Shown here in pieces: positions 62,300-64,000 of a DNA stretch of 64,000 nucleotides (position 1 is its first letter; every line of letters begins with the position of its first letter). A program made the translations under genes and the position numbers. The DNA comes from Raillietiella orientalis (Eukaryota). The stretch spans positions 2,976,001-3,040,000 of the forward strand of contig JAYWIR010000012.1 of the NCBI GenBank assembly GCA_036172245.1, given 5' to 3'. The notes beneath the pieces were generated by a model that was given only the letters and a program-made list of their open reading frames with translations, was not told the DNA's origin and made no database searches.

Positions 62300-63400
62300 G
62301 GCTTCCCTATCAGAGGGATTCGTCGGCTGCTAGTGCGTTTTCCTTTCTTTTTCAAAAAAGGAAAAAGCTTCAGTGCTTTCCTTGGTGAGAGGAGCTTTTT
62401 TGCACACGCCTCCAGAACTTAGCCGGAGCTTCGGCTTGCAAGAGACAGGACGGCTGTGCTTCGAGCTCACTTGGGACGACGAACATCCTTCTTGCATGCA
62501 GCCCGGAGTGATTCATTGAATGGGTTGAGCTTTTTGTGGTACATCTGCAGGAAGAAAGGACACAGGTTTCTCCGACGAAGTGCGGAGATGGAACTGGATG
62601 CATTTCTGTCTTCCCCGGGATCATTTCGGTCCATCCCTGCCCCACTGCTGGGAAGAGGACATGAGATTTGTTGCGCACCAATGGCGTGCCCCCCAGTGCT
62701 CAGAACCAGACGAAAGCCGATTGTCCGATGGAATTCCGTTGGAGCAGGCAGTACAAGCGGATGTCACAGGTGACATCCATGATACCATCGAGGCATCGCC
62801 AACGGTGCTGATGGGCACTGAAATGTGACCGTCGCAAGCGCCCTAACTCAGACGAGAGGCGGATTGATGAGAAGACCACCAACAAATTTGGGACATTCCT
62901 CGTATAAACAGAACTGTTTTGGAAAGTCCCAGAGAAGCAAGAAACCTCGAGGTGTTTGTTCTTCATGACTTTTTCGAGAGATTTGGCTGCAGAAGATTAA
63001 CGTTTTTGGTTCTCTAACGAAAAAAAAAGATAAGGATCTAGTTTTTTCAGTTTTTTGTTTTCCATCTTTGGTTGCATGAAGGTAGATGGCAACACTGGCA
63101 TTCCGATTTCCACACATCACCTTGATCAAGAAAAAGATCAGTAATGAGATTTGCTCTGAGCGTGTTGCTTCTCGAGAAGCCACATGGCTGTTTATTTTTA
63201 TAAAGATATCGAGATGGAGGATTTTTGGAAATGATCCGATGTCTACCAGTGCAGCGGAGGAACATCCCACAGTTGCTATAAACTTGAAGAACTGGTATTG
63301 GTTTCCCAAACGTAAGACTATCCAAACAACACTTTAGGCATGTATTAGATACAAAGGCTAGATGAATACACTGTACCGATTAGTCAGATGTATACACTGC
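62300..63400 (-). mobile_element. Possible Gypsy gag remnant
   Basis: Decayed knuckle-like RNKSHVLFPAVGQGW (compare CxxCGxxHxxxCPAxGxxC), upstream of and co-oriented with the pol remnant. Confidence 0.3.
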
Positions 63401-64000
63401 GCTTCGGGCAGGCAAGATATCAGAGACAAGAGCATTAGAAGTGGGGGCGCCGTAAGTGCTCTACTTTTCATCGTTGACATTTCCGTAGGATGAGAGACTT
63501 TTTTAAAGAAGAATCTCTTCTAGTGCATCCTGACGACTGGATGGTGGTGGAAGATTTACTAGAGAAGCTAAAAAAAAAAAATCAGATCTCCGGGAAAGTT
63601 TATGCCGCCATAGCGGCCTCTCTGGTGGCCACTGCAATTGTGCAAGGTAATGCTTCTCTGCTGCAACCCCAAGGGGGTGAAAGATCAACTACCTACCGCA
63701 CCAAAGGATGTAGGTAACGCCTGCCAATTTCTGGGAAAACCGATCGAACTTGAGCTATCTTATTTGACCCCTAGAAATGAAATAGTGGCCAGAGAAGAGG
63801 CTATTCTAGAGGTTGTCCGCCTGGCAACAAACACATGCCATGAAAGTCTTTTTTCTATCCCGTCCCGTTCCATTTCCAGCGGTCGGAAGTGCTCCTTAAA
63901 TTCTGGTTGGATTCTACTAAACAGTCCTAATGAAGGGGTTGGTAAAGAAGTGCCTTCTGTCCTGCTCAGTGGAGCAGCCAAGGAATTCTCATCCGAAGAA

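Noticed and set aside
1..64000. CRISPR arrays, rRNA genes, tRNA genes or bacterial operons
   Set aside because: No regularly spaced direct repeats or rRNA/tRNA signatures were seen; spliceosomal introns and metazoan genes indicate animal nuclear DNA.

Overview
Eukaryotic (animal, protostome-like) genomic DNA in two sharply different compartments; no prokaryotic features. About 1-46.7 kb is GC- and CpG-rich and is mostly a nested pile of decayed L1/Tx1-clade non-LTR retrotransposon copies. Embedded in it are an intact intronless myosuppressin-receptor-like GPCR (28050-29210, minus) and a two-exon SZT2 pseudogene fragment (about 8.1-8.6 kb). About 47-56 kb is an AT-rich, CpG-depleted, tightly packed gene block with mostly 37-50 nt introns: IMPAD1/BPNT2 (plus, 5 exons), an uncharacterised 3-exon gene ending in a RAD51-interacting-like motif (minus), and strumpellin/WASHC5 (minus, 18 exons, about 1155 aa). 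About 58-63.4 kb holds probable Gypsy remnants interrupted by another non-LTR fragment. Best leads: (1) the orphan gene starts only 52 nt after the WASHC5 stop, behind a strong splice acceptor and with no promoter signature, suggesting a polycistronic or trans-spliced unit; (2) the retrotransposon family lacks a poly(A) tail and has a conserved 3' RNA hairpin architecture. Homology calls come from motif recognition by eye, not database searches, and TE boundaries are approximate unless a target-site duplication is cited.
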